A stretch of DNA of 64,000 bases from Patescibacteria group bacterium (lineage in GTDB: Bacteria > Patescibacteriota > Microgenomatia > UBA1400 > PJMF01), in NCBI GenBank assembly GCA_049322655.1, contig JBMORP010000002.1:32923-96922 (forward strand). The letters are read 5' to 3'. The position numbers were made by a program, and so were the translations under genes. Below, one piece after another: positions 27,345 through 37,200 of the stretch; within the stretch, counting starts at the first letter, position 1; every line of letters begins with the position of its first letter. The notes beneath the pieces were generated by a model. It made no database searches and was not told where the DNA came from. It saw only the letters and a list, made by a program, of their open reading frames with translations.

Positions 27345-30323
27345 ATGAAGAAAAATTCATTAGATCATATTATTATTTCTGGTGCTAGGGAACATAATCT
27401 TAAAAATGTTTCTTTTGCTATTCCCAAAAATAAACTAGTTATTTTTACTGGTCTTTCTGGCAGCGGTAAAACCTCTTTAGCTTTTGATACTTTGTATGCT
27501 GAAGGACAACGACGCTATGTTGAGTCTCTGAGTTCTTATGCTAGGCAATTTTTGGGCATTATGCAAAAACCTCAGGTTGACCAAATTGAAGGTTTATCGC
27601 CAGCTATTTCCATTGATCAGAAGACGACTTCCCATAATCCTCGCTCTACCGTTGGTACTATTACCGAGATTTATGATTATCTCAGGCTACTATTTGCCAG
27701 AGTAGGCCACCCACACTGTCACCAATGTGGTCTAGAAATTAGCACCCAAAGTATTGACCAAATTATCAAACAAATTATTGACTTAGTTGAAAAAAAAGCA
27801 GCTAATCAACCAACTAGACTCATGATTCTTTCACCAGTTGTTCAGGCTAGAAAAGGTGAGTTTGCTGCCTTATTTACTAACCTACAAAAACAAGGCTTTA
27901 CCAGAGTCAGAATTGACGGTGAAGTCTTTGACCTGTCAGAGAATATTACTTTATTAAAAAACAATAAACATACGATTGAAGCAGTTGTTGATCGGATCAG
28001 TTTTTCTAAAAAACAATTGAATGATCACCAAGAACTAAAAACTCTCAAATCTAGACTTTCACAAACCATTGAAGAATCATTAAAACTATCAACTGGTTTG
28101 GTAATAGCCAGTTTTATTGACGACAATTCTTTATCATTTCCAGAAAAACCCAAACAGATGGAAGATCACTTATTCAGTGAAAAACTCGCCTGTAGTGATT
28201 GTGGTATTTCTTTAAAAGAACTTGAACCAAGAATGTTTTCTTTTAATTCTCCAGAAGGAGCCTGTGAAACTTGTAATGGCATTGGTTCATTACTCAGAAT
28301 TAACCCAGAAAAAATCATTGCTCCCAGCTTAACGCTGAGCGAAGGTGCCATTATTCCGTTTGCTAGAACTATGAGCAATGACACTTGGTGGTCAAGATTA
28401 GTGAAGGTAGTGGTCGAAACAGCCGGCTATGACTTCAGAAAAACTCCTTATGAAGAATTTAGTGATGAATTTAAACAAAGCTTGCTTCATGGTTCCAAAG
28501 AAATCTACAACGTGACTGGCGAAAATCGATTTGGTAAAGAAACCATGATTCAAGAGAGATTTGAGGGTTTCATTACTAATTTGGAAAGAAGGTATCAAGA
28601 AACTGACAGTGATTACATCCGTAAAGAAATTGAAGAATTCATGCACAAAGAGACTTGTCCTGCTTGTCAGGGCAACAGGTTAAAACCAGAATCTTTGGCT
28701 GTAACAATTGATCACAAAAATATTGCCGATACAACCAACTTAACTATTCAACGAGTTTTGGACTGGTGTAAATCTTTGACCGCAAGTAAAAAACTATCTA
28801 CCAAAGAAACTGAAATCAGTGGCTCGATTTTAAAAGAAATTATCACCAGATTAAGCTTCTTATCTTCTGTTGGACTTAATTATTTGTCACTTGGTAGAGA
28901 AGCTTCTACTTTGGCTGGTGGTGAGGCCCAAAGAATCAGATTGGCTTCGCAAATTGGAACTGGTCTAACTGGAGTGCTGTATATTTTAGATGAACCAACT
29001 ATTGGATTACACCCCAGAGATAATGATCGGTTAGTCGATACTTTAAAAAACCTAAGAGACCAAGGTAACAGCGTGATTGTAGTTGAACATGATCGTGATG
29101 TGATGTTATCTGCTGACTATATTTTTGATTTCGGTCCTGGAGCTGGTAAACATGGTGGAGAAGTTGTTGCTGAGGGAACACCTGAAGAACTAATGGCAGC
29201 CAAAAAATCTGTAACTGGCAAATACCTCTCCCGTAAAAAAGATGTCATTAGACCCAAGAGGGCTGAAGAAAGAAAAGTGATTGGTCTAGATGATATGCCA
29301 GTTATCAGAGGAGCTAATGGTTCGATTCAACTGCGAGGAGCATCTCATCACAACCTAAAAAACATTGATGTCGAGTTTCCACTCAATTCCTTAACTTGTA
29401 TTACTGGTATTTCTGGTTCAGGAAAATCTACTTTACTTCATGACACTCTTTACTATCAATTAATGAAACACCTAGAAAGAAAAATCGATGAAAAAGCTGG
29501 TCATGTTGAACAAGTAATGGTGCCTGATACTGTTAAACGCTTAACTTTAATTGATCAAAGTCCAATTGGTAAAACCCCCCGCTCTAATCCTGCTACTTAT
29601 ACTAAGATCTTTGACTATATTAGAAAACTTTTTGCCAATACCCAGGAAGCTCACATTCGCGGTTACAATCCAGGTAGATTTAGTTTTAATGTTAAAGGCG
29701 GCCGCTGTGAAACTTGCCAGGGGGATGGCCAAATCAAAATCGAGATGCAGTTCTTACCTGATGTTTATGTCACTTGCGATGTCTGTCATGGTCAACGCTA
29801 TAATGAAGAAACTCTCCAAGTAATTTATAAAGGCAAAAATATTTCTGAAATCTTAAAAATGAGTGTTGAAGATGCTTTGGAATTCTTTAAAAGTAATGGA
29901 ACCTTGAAACAAAAACTCCAAACTTTAATTGATGTTGGCTTGGGCTACTTAGAACTTGGCCAACCAGCTCCAACCTTGAGTGGTGGAGAATCTCAAAGGG
30001 TTAAGCTAGCCCGTGAACTAAGTTTAAAAACTAATGATCATGTGGTTTACCTATTAGATGAACCAACTACTGGGTTGCATTTTGCTGATGTGCAAAAACT
30101 ATTAAATGTTTTACATAAATTGGTTGCTCAAAACAATACCGTGATTTTGATTGAACACAATCTGGATGTCATTAAGAATGCTGATTGGTTAATTGATCTT
30201 GGTCCTGAGGGTGGAGAATATGGCGGTGAAATCATTGCCATCGGAACACCACAACAAGTAGCTAAAAATAAAAACTCATTTACTGGTAAATATTTGGCTG
30301 AAGAATTTAAAAACCAACACTAA
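27345..30323 (+). CDS. uvrA: Excinuclease ABC subunit A
   Basis: GAREHNLKN, two Walker A motifs, LDEPT twice, Zn fingers. Confidence 0.97.
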   Translation: MKKNSLDHIIISGAREHNLKNVSFAIPKNKLVIFTGLSGSGKTSLAFDTLYAEGQRRYVESLSSYARQFLGIMQKPQVDQIEGLSPAISIDQKTTSHNPRSTVGTITEIYDYLRLLFARVGHPHCHQCGLEISTQSIDQIIKQIIDLVEKKAANQPTRLMILSPVVQARKGEFAALFTNLQKQGFTRVRIDGEVFDLSENITLLKNNKHTIEAVVDRISFSKKQLNDHQELKTLKSRLSQTIEESLKLSTGLVIASFIDDNSLSFPEKPKQMEDHLFSEKLACSDCGISLKELEPRMFSFNSPEGACETCNGIGSLLRINPEKIIAPSLTLSEGAIIPFARTMSNDTWWSRLVKVVVETAGYDFRKTPYEEFSDEFKQSLLHGSKEIYNVTGENRFGKETMIQERFEGFITNLERRYQETDSDYIRKEIEEFMHKETCPACQGNRLKPESLAVTIDHKNIADTTNLTIQRVLDWCKSLTASKKLSTKETEISGSILKEIITRLSFLSSVGLNYLSLGREASTLAGGEAQRIRLASQIGTGLTGVLYILDEPTIGLHPRDNDRLVDTLKNLRDQGNSVIVVEHDRDVMLSADYIFDFGPGAGKHGGEVVAEGTPEELMAAKKSVTGKYLSRKKDVIRPKRAEERKVIGLDDMPVIRGANGSIQLRGASHHNLKNIDVEFPLNSLTCITGISGSGKSTLLHDTLYYQLMKHLERKIDEKAGHVEQVMVPDTVKRLTLIDQSPIGKTPRSNPATYTKIFDYIRKLFANTQEAHIRGYNPGRFSFNVKGGRCETCQGDGQIKIEMQFLPDVYVTCDVCHGQRYNEETLQVIYKGKNISEILKMSVEDALEFFKSNGTLKQKLQTLIDVGLGYLELGQPAPTLSGGESQRVKLARELSLKTNDHVVYLLDEPTTGLHFADVQKLLNVLHKLVAQNNTVILIEHNLDVIKNADWLIDLGPEGGEYGGEIIAIGTPQQVAKNKNSFTGKYLAEEFKNQH

Positions 30324-30477
30324 CCACACCCCTTTACCCCCGTGGGTAAGTGTCTCACAGCTGGCTGACAACAAACTTAATATATAAAACAATATCTAAA
30401 TCTATCAAAAATAAAATTGATATATCAATGTTTTACTCGAGAAGATAATATTAGCAGTCACTTTTAATATCTGCTAA
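30324..30477 (-). repeat. Dispersed ~155-bp non-coding element, copy B (inverted relative to copy A)
   Basis: GGGTAAGTGTCTCA 30344-57, ATTGATATATCAAT 30416-29, CIRCE-like TTAGCAGTC-N9-ATCTGCTAA 30451-77. Confidence 0.85.
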
Positions 30478-31575
30478 AAACTGTTTTAAGTCTTGAATGA
30501 CTTTTTGGTCGTTACTTTCAATCACCCACAACTGACCTTGTCCATCACGCTTAATTATTTTTGCTAGTTCTTGTTTCTTTTTAGAGAAATCATATTGACT
30601 GGCTAGGCGAGTCTTAATTTGTTCAACAGTTAAATCACGAGCTTCCAATCGTTGTCGCTGAATTTTTTCATCTGCTTTGACTAAAATTACATTATTATTT
30701 GATAAATAAGCCATATCAGACTCAGCAATTAAAGCTGCATTGAGTAAAATCAAACCTTTTTTGCCATAAAGTTCTCGTCTTAGCCTCACCAAAATCGGCG
30801 TATACATAATTTTATTCAGAGCGGCTAATTTCTCTTCGTCGTGAAATACAATCTCTCCCAATATTTTACGATTAATTGTGCCGGCTGGGTTTTTTATTTT
30901 TTCGCCAAATTCTTTAGTTAGCTGTTGACGAACTTTAGCGTAGCCAGTTTCAGTTAGCCTCTCATAGATATCATGAGCTAAGTGATCTAACTCTATGTGG
31001 TGAACTTCCAAGCCCTGTTCTTTTCCCAGTTCAACTAGTTTTTGACAAACAAAAGACTTACCCACCCCAATCTCACCCGTCACACTAACAATCATTTGCT
31101 CTGACATTTTTTTCTCCAACTTACTTTTCACCAACATTGGCACATATTCATGAATTAAACCCTGTTCTTTTTGGATTGCTTTCACTGAACTGGAACTAAT
31201 GTGAGCCAACTTCGGATCAGCAAATAATAATACGGTTTCCATGCCTAATTTTTGACTTTCACCCAATTGATTGAGGTAACGCTCATATTCAAAGTCTTTG
31301 GTGTCTCTCATTCCCTTAACAATTACTTCTGCACCTTGTTCATAAGCAAAATCAACTAATAGTCCAGTAAATGAAACTACCTTAACATTTTTTAAATGAC
31401 GAAGAGAATGACTAGCCATTTCGGTTCTAGCTTCAAGAGAAAACATGTATTTTTTATCAGGATTTACTCCAATGGCAACAATAACCTGATCAAAAACCTT
31501 GGCTGTTCGTTGAACAACATCAATATGACCATAAGTAATCGGATCACCAGAGAAAGCATAAATAGCTTTAGACAT
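30451..31575 (-). CDS. coaD: Bifunctional phosphopantetheine adenylyltransferase / dephospho-CoA kinase (CoaD-CoaE fusion)
   Basis: N-terminal DPITYGH, KGMR..DFEYE, ISSSSVK; C-terminal VTGEIGVGKS, INRKILGEIVF, RLASQ. Confidence 0.9.
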   Translation of the reverse strand: MSKAIYAFSGDPITYGHIDVVQRTAKVFDQVIVAIGVNPDKKYMFSLEARTEMASHSLRHLKNVKVVSFTGLLVDFAYEQGAEVIVKGMRDTKDFEYERYLNQLGESQKLGMETVLLFADPKLAHISSSSVKAIQKEQGLIHEYVPMLVKSKLEKKMSEQMIVSVTGEIGVGKSFVCQKLVELGKEQGLEVHHIELDHLAHDIYERLTETGYAKVRQQLTKEFGEKIKNPAGTINRKILGEIVFHDEEKLAALNKIMYTPILVRLRRELYGKKGLILLNAALIAESDMAYLSNNNVILVKADEKIQRQRLEARDLTVEQIKTRLASQYDFSKKKQELAKIIKRDGQGQLWVIESNDQKVIQDLKQFLADIKSDC

Positions 31576-31581
31576 TGTCGC

Positions 31582-33687
31582 TTATTCTATCACCACTCTG
31601 GCATCAAGAACCTTAACCCCTTCACCTTGTGGTAAAACCAACAGTGGATTGATATCTAACTCAACAATTTCAGGAAAATCAGTTACCAATTGAGCTAACC
31701 GACCAATGCTTTCAACCAACATTTCCTTATCAGCTGGAGCTTGGCCTCTGACCCCCTCAAAAAGCTTGGCTGAGCGAAGACCATCAACCATTCTCAATGC
31801 ATCATTATGAGTTAATGGTACAAAACCAAAGTTAACATCTTTTAAGACTTCAACATAGATACCACCCAAACCAACCATCACCATCGTGCCAAGTCCAGGA
31901 GCTTTGTTTACACCCAAAATTATTTCAAGACCATTAGCCGGAGCCATTTCCATTAACAACACTCCATCTAGTTTGGCTTGAGGTTTGTTTTGGGCTACTA
32001 TTTTCATCATTTCAGTAAACTTAGCTTTAACATCTTCCAGAGTAATATTGAGCATCACTCCGCCGACATCACTCTTATGCAAAATGTCTTGAGACATAAT
32101 CTTCATCGCATATTTTTTATTTTCGCCCATCTTTTTAATGGCTAGGTAAGCCTCAACCTCGTTGACTGCTTGAGCTGTTTTTAATAATGGAAAATTATAA
32201 GCTTGTAAAATCTCGATTGCCGCTGACTCAGGAAAACTATGTTGACCATTTTGCAAAGCTTGATCAAAAATCTTTCTGACAGCTGCTTGATCAACATCCT
32301 GATACTGAAGTAGAGGAGAGCTCTTGATTTTGGCTTGATCTACAAACTGACCAAAAGTGGCTAATGACTTAGCCGCTGGCTCAGGGAAAGTGTTAGTAAC
32401 AACTCCAGCTTCTTTCATTAATTTAACTCCCGGCAAAACAGTTTCTTGTCCCATAAAACTCACCACGATTGGTTTCTTGGAACTCATCTTGGTACTAACT
32501 ACGGCTTTGGCTGTCTTGGTAATTTCAGTCATTGATTGGGGAGTAAGCAATAACAAAATTGAATCAGTATTGTTATCTTTAGCAATTAATTCCAAAGTTT
32601 GTTGATAACGTTCTCCTACGGCATCACCCAAAATATCAACTGGATTGTGAGTGCTAGCAGCATGAGGTAGGATTTCCTTGAGAGCCTCGACTGTTTTTTC
32701 TTCTAATTTGGCCATGGCCAAACCACTGGCCACAATTTCATCTGTTGTCAACACCCCAGGACCACCTGCATTAGTCACTACAGTGACATTTTTCACTTCG
32801 GTTAACTCATTCTTAGAAAAAATCTGAGCATAATCAAATAATTGGCTAATGCTATTAGCTCTGATTACTCCAGCTTGCTCAAATAAAGTTTTATAGGCAA
32901 CATCTCCGCCACTAAGCGAACCAGTGTGTGAAGCAATCGCTCCTGCCCCGGCTTCAGTTCTGCCTGATTTTAAAATAATCACTGGCTTAGGGTTATCACC
33001 TGTAGATAGCTCTTTAACTGCTTTAATAAATTCTGGAGCATTTTCTAATTGTTCTACATACATTGCTACCACTTTAGTTTGTGGATCATCAGCAAAATAT
33101 TTAATTAACTTTAATTCATTAATATCAGCTTTGTTACCAATACTCATGAACTTGGAAAATCCAATGCCCAATTCTTTGGCATAATCCAACACAGCAGTGC
33201 ATAACGCACCACTTTGAGAGACAAAAGCGACATTACCTGCCTCTGGCATTAAAGCAGCAAACGAAGCATTCATTTTAATTTCTGGATTAATAATCCCCAA
33301 ACAGTTTGGCCCGACCAATGACATTTGTCTCTCACGACAAACATCAGTTAGTTGTTTTTCCAATTCAACATTACCAATTTCTTTACAACCAGCAGAAATC
33401 ACAATCGCTGCTTGTGCCCCCTGCTCATGAGCTTCTTTCACTACACTCGTCACATAAGGGGCCGGGACTGCTATGACTGCTAAATCAATTTTTTCTGGAA
33501 CATCCTTAACTGCAGCATAAACTTTTTTGCCATAGAGGCTGTCCGCTTTTGGGTTAACTGGATAAATTTTACCTTGATAACCCTGGGTAACCAAATTTTT
33601 AACAATATCATTGCCAACAGTTTTTAGTTTTCTGGAGGCACCAATGATGGCGATAGCTTTGGGATAAAAAAGAGTTTGAAATGACAT
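31582..33687 (-). CDS. ADP-forming acetate-CoA ligase (alpha-beta fusion)
   Basis: CoA-binding IAIIGAS, GPNCLG, SQSGA, ASHTG phospho-His, HKSDVGGV, LDINPL. Confidence 0.92.
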   Translation of the reverse strand: MSFQTLFYPKAIAIIGASRKLKTVGNDIVKNLVTQGYQGKIYPVNPKADSLYGKKVYAAVKDVPEKIDLAVIAVPAPYVTSVVKEAHEQGAQAAIVISAGCKEIGNVELEKQLTDVCRERQMSLVGPNCLGIINPEIKMNASFAALMPEAGNVAFVSQSGALCTAVLDYAKELGIGFSKFMSIGNKADINELKLIKYFADDPQTKVVAMYVEQLENAPEFIKAVKELSTGDNPKPVIILKSGRTEAGAGAIASHTGSLSGGDVAYKTLFEQAGVIRANSISQLFDYAQIFSKNELTEVKNVTVVTNAGGPGVLTTDEIVASGLAMAKLEEKTVEALKEILPHAASTHNPVDILGDAVGERYQQTLELIAKDNNTDSILLLLTPQSMTEITKTAKAVVSTKMSSKKPIVVSFMGQETVLPGVKLMKEAGVVTNTFPEPAAKSLATFGQFVDQAKIKSSPLLQYQDVDQAAVRKIFDQALQNGQHSFPESAAIEILQAYNFPLLKTAQAVNEVEAYLAIKKMGENKKYAMKIMSQDILHKSDVGGVMLNITLEDVKAKFTEMMKIVAQNKPQAKLDGVLLMEMAPANGLEIILGVNKAPGLGTMVMVGLGGIYVEVLKDVNFGFVPLTHNDALRMVDGLRSAKLFEGVRGQAPADKEMLVESIGRLAQLVTDFPEIVELDINPLLVLPQGEGVKVLDARVVIE

Positions 33688-33704
33688 AAATTCCTTTTAA
33701 TTAA

Positions 33705-34436
33705 TTATCTAATTACTACATTGGTTAAATACTGATCAAAAATCTGTTTGGCCTGTTCAACTTGTTGTTTAGTAGCAGGTTCAACTCCTTCCAGTTTATA
33801 TGGTAACCCAAGCTCTGCATATTTATACACACCCAAGGTGTGATAAGGCAAAATCTCAACTCGTTCAATAGTTTCGAAATCCTTGAAATACTGAGCCCAT
33901 TTTTCTAAATATTCTGGTTGATCTGTCCAACCAGGCACCAACACATACCGTAACCACAGTGGTTTACCAGTCTGTTCTCGGTAGGCTGCATTCTTTAAAA
34001 CATTAGTATTGGAATGACCGGTTAATTTCTGATGCCAAGTTCCATCAATATGTTTAACATCTAGCATCACTAAATCTACTAGGTTGTAAAGTTCATTGAT
34101 TTTTTGGTTGTAAATTGCCCCACAGGTATCGAGTGTAATATGAAAGCCAGCTTCTTTAACCGCGATAAAAAGTTTTATTAGTTCTTTGGCTTGAACTGTT
34201 GGCTCACCACCAGACACAGTTAAACCACCCTGCTCGCCAAAATATGGTTTTTCTTTTTCTAAAAGTTCCAGAATTTCTTTGGTAGAAACTTGTTTAGCTT
34301 GATCACTTTTAATTAACTGAGAGTCTGGATTATGACAGTAAGCACAGGCGAAAAGACAACCCTGGATAAAAACCACCAGCCTGATACCGGGACCATCATG
34401 AGTGCCAAAAGTCTCAATCGAGTGAACTGACAACAT
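33705..34436 (-). CDS. pflA: Pyruvate formate-lyase activating enzyme
   Basis: ETFGTHDGPGIR, CLFACAYCHNPD, SGGEP, LPYHTLG. Confidence 0.95.
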   Translation of the reverse strand: MLSVHSIETFGTHDGPGIRLVVFIQGCLFACAYCHNPDSQLIKSDQAKQVSTKEILELLEKEKPYFGEQGGLTVSGGEPTVQAKELIKLFIAVKEAGFHITLDTCGAIYNQKINELYNLVDLVMLDVKHIDGTWHQKLTGHSNTNVLKNAAYREQTGKPLWLRYVLVPGWTDQPEYLEKWAQYFKDFETIERVEILPYHTLGVYKYAELGLPYKLEGVEPATKQQVEQAKQIFDQYLTNVVIR

Positions 34437-34452
34437 CTATTAACCCTTCACT

Positions 34453-36681
34453 TTACATTGTCTCATGGAAAGTGCGGGCAATCACTTCTTGCTGTTGAGC
34501 TTTACTCAACCTAATAAAGTTAACAGCATAACCAGAAACACGAATAGTTAATTGAGGGTGGTCTTCTGGATGTTCCATCGCATCTAGTAGGGTATCTCTA
34601 TTCAACACATTAACATTCAGGTGATGAGCATTTTTATTGAAATAACCATCCAACATACTAACCAAGTTCTGTGTTTGTTCCTCTTTAGAACTTCCTAAAG
34701 ACTTAGGCACCATTGAAAAAGTATTAGAAATTCCATCTCTGGCATCAGCATAATTAAGTTTTGCTACTGAGTTGAGAGAGGCAATTGCTCCAGAACTATC
34801 CCGACCATGCATTGGATTAGCACCTGGAGCAAAGGCTTCACCTTTTTTTCTACCATCTGGGGTAGCTCCAGTTTTCTTGCCATAAACCACATTAGAAGTA
34901 ATAGTGAGTACCGAGAGGGTCGGAGTAGCATCTCGATAAATATGGTGTTGGCTAAGTTCATGATTAAAATCATGAACTAAAGCTTGGGCCAGTTGGTCGA
35001 CTTGATCATTATCATTACCAAATTTAGGAAAGTCACCCTCAATCGTAAAACCAGTGGTTAAACCATTGTCATCACGTTCGGCTGTCACTTTGGCAAATTT
35101 AATTGCAGCTAAAGAATCAGCCGCTACACTTAAACCAGCCATCCCAAAAGCCATATTGCGTTTAATCTTGCTGTCCATAAAAGCTAACTGAGCTCGCTCA
35201 TAGTAGTACTTGTCATGCATGTAATGAATCACATTCATGGTACTGACATATTGCTCGGCAACATAACTGATGGTTTGTGCAAAACGTTTTTTGACTTCTT
35301 GATAGTTTAAAGGTCCTGCTGGTAACGGCTCAATTCCGGGTACAATCTCAATGCCAGTCAACTCATCTTTCCCTTCATTCAAAGCCAATAACAATGTTTT
35401 AGCAATATTGCAGCGAGCCCCAAAAAACTGCATTTCTTTCCCTGTTTCCATCATCGAAACACAACAAGCAATACAGTAGTCATCACAGTCACCAACTTGA
35501 CTCATCAGTTGGTCATTTTCATATTGTAGAGAAGACGTATCGATTGAAACCTGTGCAGCAAATTCTTTAAAGCCTGATGGTAATTGATCAGACCACAAAA
35601 TCGTTAAATTAGGTTCTGGAGCAGGACCTAAGTTATATAAAGTCTGTAAAAACCGAAAACTAGTTTTAGTAATTTTATGCTGACCATCTTGCCAAAGACC
35701 ACCAATCACTTCTGTCACCCAAGTAGGATCTCCAGCAAACAATTGGTTATACTCGCTCATTCTGAGATGTCTGACTAATCTAAGTTTTAGTACAAATTGA
35801 TCTACTAATTCTTGAGCTTCTTTCTCGGTCAAACTGCCATCAGTTAAGTCTTTTTCAAAATAAACATCAAAGAAATTACTAACATTACCTAAACTCATAG
35901 CAGCACCATCTTGTTCCTTAACCGCTGCTAAGTAAGCAAAATAAGTCCATTGCACCGCTTCTCTAGCATTACTTGCTGGGCGGCCAACATCAAAACCATA
36001 AGCTTGAGCCATTTCACCAATTAACTGGAGAGCTTTTATCTGTTCACTGATTTCTTCTCTTAATCTAATAAGCTCATCAGTCATTACTCCAGTAAGTTGG
36101 TTAAGATCAGTTTGTTTGGCTTCAATTAATCGATCTAGACCATACAGAGCCAAGCGACGATAGTCACCAATGATTCTGCCTCTGGCATAATTGTCTGGAA
36201 GGCCAGTAATTAGCCCAGACTTTCTTAGTTTACGCATTTCCTCTGTATAGGCATCAAACACACCATCATTATGAGTCTTTCTATATTTACTACACAGTTC
36301 AACTACTTGTTTATCAAGTTCATAGCCATTTTCTTCACAAGCTTTTTTAACTACCCGCCAGCCACCAAAAGGCTTAATGCTTCTTTTCAGCGGCTGGTCT
36401 GTCTGAAATCCAACCACTGTTTCCAAATGTTTATCAATATATCCTGGTTGATGACTAGTAATTGTAGAAATAGTTTTAGTATCAATATCCAAAACTCCAC
36501 CATTTTTTATTTCTTTAGTTAAAAGCTTTTTGGCTTTTTCCCATAATTGTTTGGTTTTCTGACTGGGGCCCACTAAAAATGAGCTGTCACCATCATAGGC
36601 AGTAATATTAGTGTAAATAAAATCACGAACATTAATTTCAGCTTGCCAACGATTCATCTTAAAGGAAGTTTTACCAGTCAT
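34453..36681 (-). CDS. pflB: Pyruvate formate-lyase
   Basis: IACCVS catalytic cysteines, IRVSGYAV glycyl-radical motif. Confidence 0.97.
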   Translation of the reverse strand: MTGKTSFKMNRWQAEINVRDFIYTNITAYDGDSSFLVGPSQKTKQLWEKAKKLLTKEIKNGGVLDIDTKTISTITSHQPGYIDKHLETVVGFQTDQPLKRSIKPFGGWRVVKKACEENGYELDKQVVELCSKYRKTHNDGVFDAYTEEMRKLRKSGLITGLPDNYARGRIIGDYRRLALYGLDRLIEAKQTDLNQLTGVMTDELIRLREEISEQIKALQLIGEMAQAYGFDVGRPASNAREAVQWTYFAYLAAVKEQDGAAMSLGNVSNFFDVYFEKDLTDGSLTEKEAQELVDQFVLKLRLVRHLRMSEYNQLFAGDPTWVTEVIGGLWQDGQHKITKTSFRFLQTLYNLGPAPEPNLTILWSDQLPSGFKEFAAQVSIDTSSLQYENDQLMSQVGDCDDYCIACCVSMMETGKEMQFFGARCNIAKTLLLALNEGKDELTGIEIVPGIEPLPAGPLNYQEVKKRFAQTISYVAEQYVSTMNVIHYMHDKYYYERAQLAFMDSKIKRNMAFGMAGLSVAADSLAAIKFAKVTAERDDNGLTTGFTIEGDFPKFGNDNDQVDQLAQALVHDFNHELSQHHIYRDATPTLSVLTITSNVVYGKKTGATPDGRKKGEAFAPGANPMHGRDSSGAIASLNSVAKLNYADARDGISNTFSMVPKSLGSSKEEQTQNLVSMLDGYFNKNAHHLNVNVLNRDTLLDAMEHPEDHPQLTIRVSGYAVNFIRLSKAQQQEVIARTFHETM

Positions 36682-36725
36682 ATTTATCCTTAATCTATTA
36701 ATTAATAGTGATCATACTTTTTCAA

Positions 36726-36751
36726 AAAAATGTAATTTATCTTACATTTTT
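36726..36751. promoter_or_regulatory. Palindromic operator upstream of pflB
   Basis: AAAAATGTAA-tttatc-TTACATTTTT, with CRP/Rex-like geometry. Confidence 0.5.
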
Positions 36752-36796
36752 AAAAAGAAAATTATACAACAAATCTTTAGAGAAAAAAATTAAAAT

Positions 36797-37171
36797 CTAC
36801 CACAATTTTTGCTGAACCATAAAACAAGCCTGGCTGATGACTGTTAAACCATGTTGCTGAGCTAACTCAACTGCATCTTGAGATTCTGATCCCGGCTGCA
36901 TCCAAATTGTTTCAAGACCAAGTTCCAAACAGACTTTCACTACCTCTAGGGTTGCTTTTGGAGGGACAACTGTTATAACTAAATCTGGTTTGGGCTTGAT
37001 CTCTTTTAGAGAAACAAATAGTGGCTGACCAGCAACCACCCCACCTTTGGGGTTAACCCCAACTACATTATAATCAGCCGCTACTAAATCTTTAAAGATT
37101 TTGGCACCATATTTTTGTGGATCATGAGAAACACCCACTACCGCTATCTTAGTTTGTTTAGTCAGATTCAT
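36797..37171 (-). CDS. CoA-binding protein (YccU-like)
   Basis: IAVVGVS, VNPKG, WMQPG, ACF. Confidence 0.88.
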   Translation of the reverse strand: MNLTKQTKIAVVGVSHDPQKYGAKIFKDLVAADYNVVGVNPKGGVVAGQPLFVSLKEIKPKPDLVITVVPPKATLEVVKVCLELGLETIWMQPGSESQDAVELAQQHGLTVISQACFMVQQKLW

Positions 37172-37200
37172 AGTTAAAATCATACTGACTTAAAGATAAA

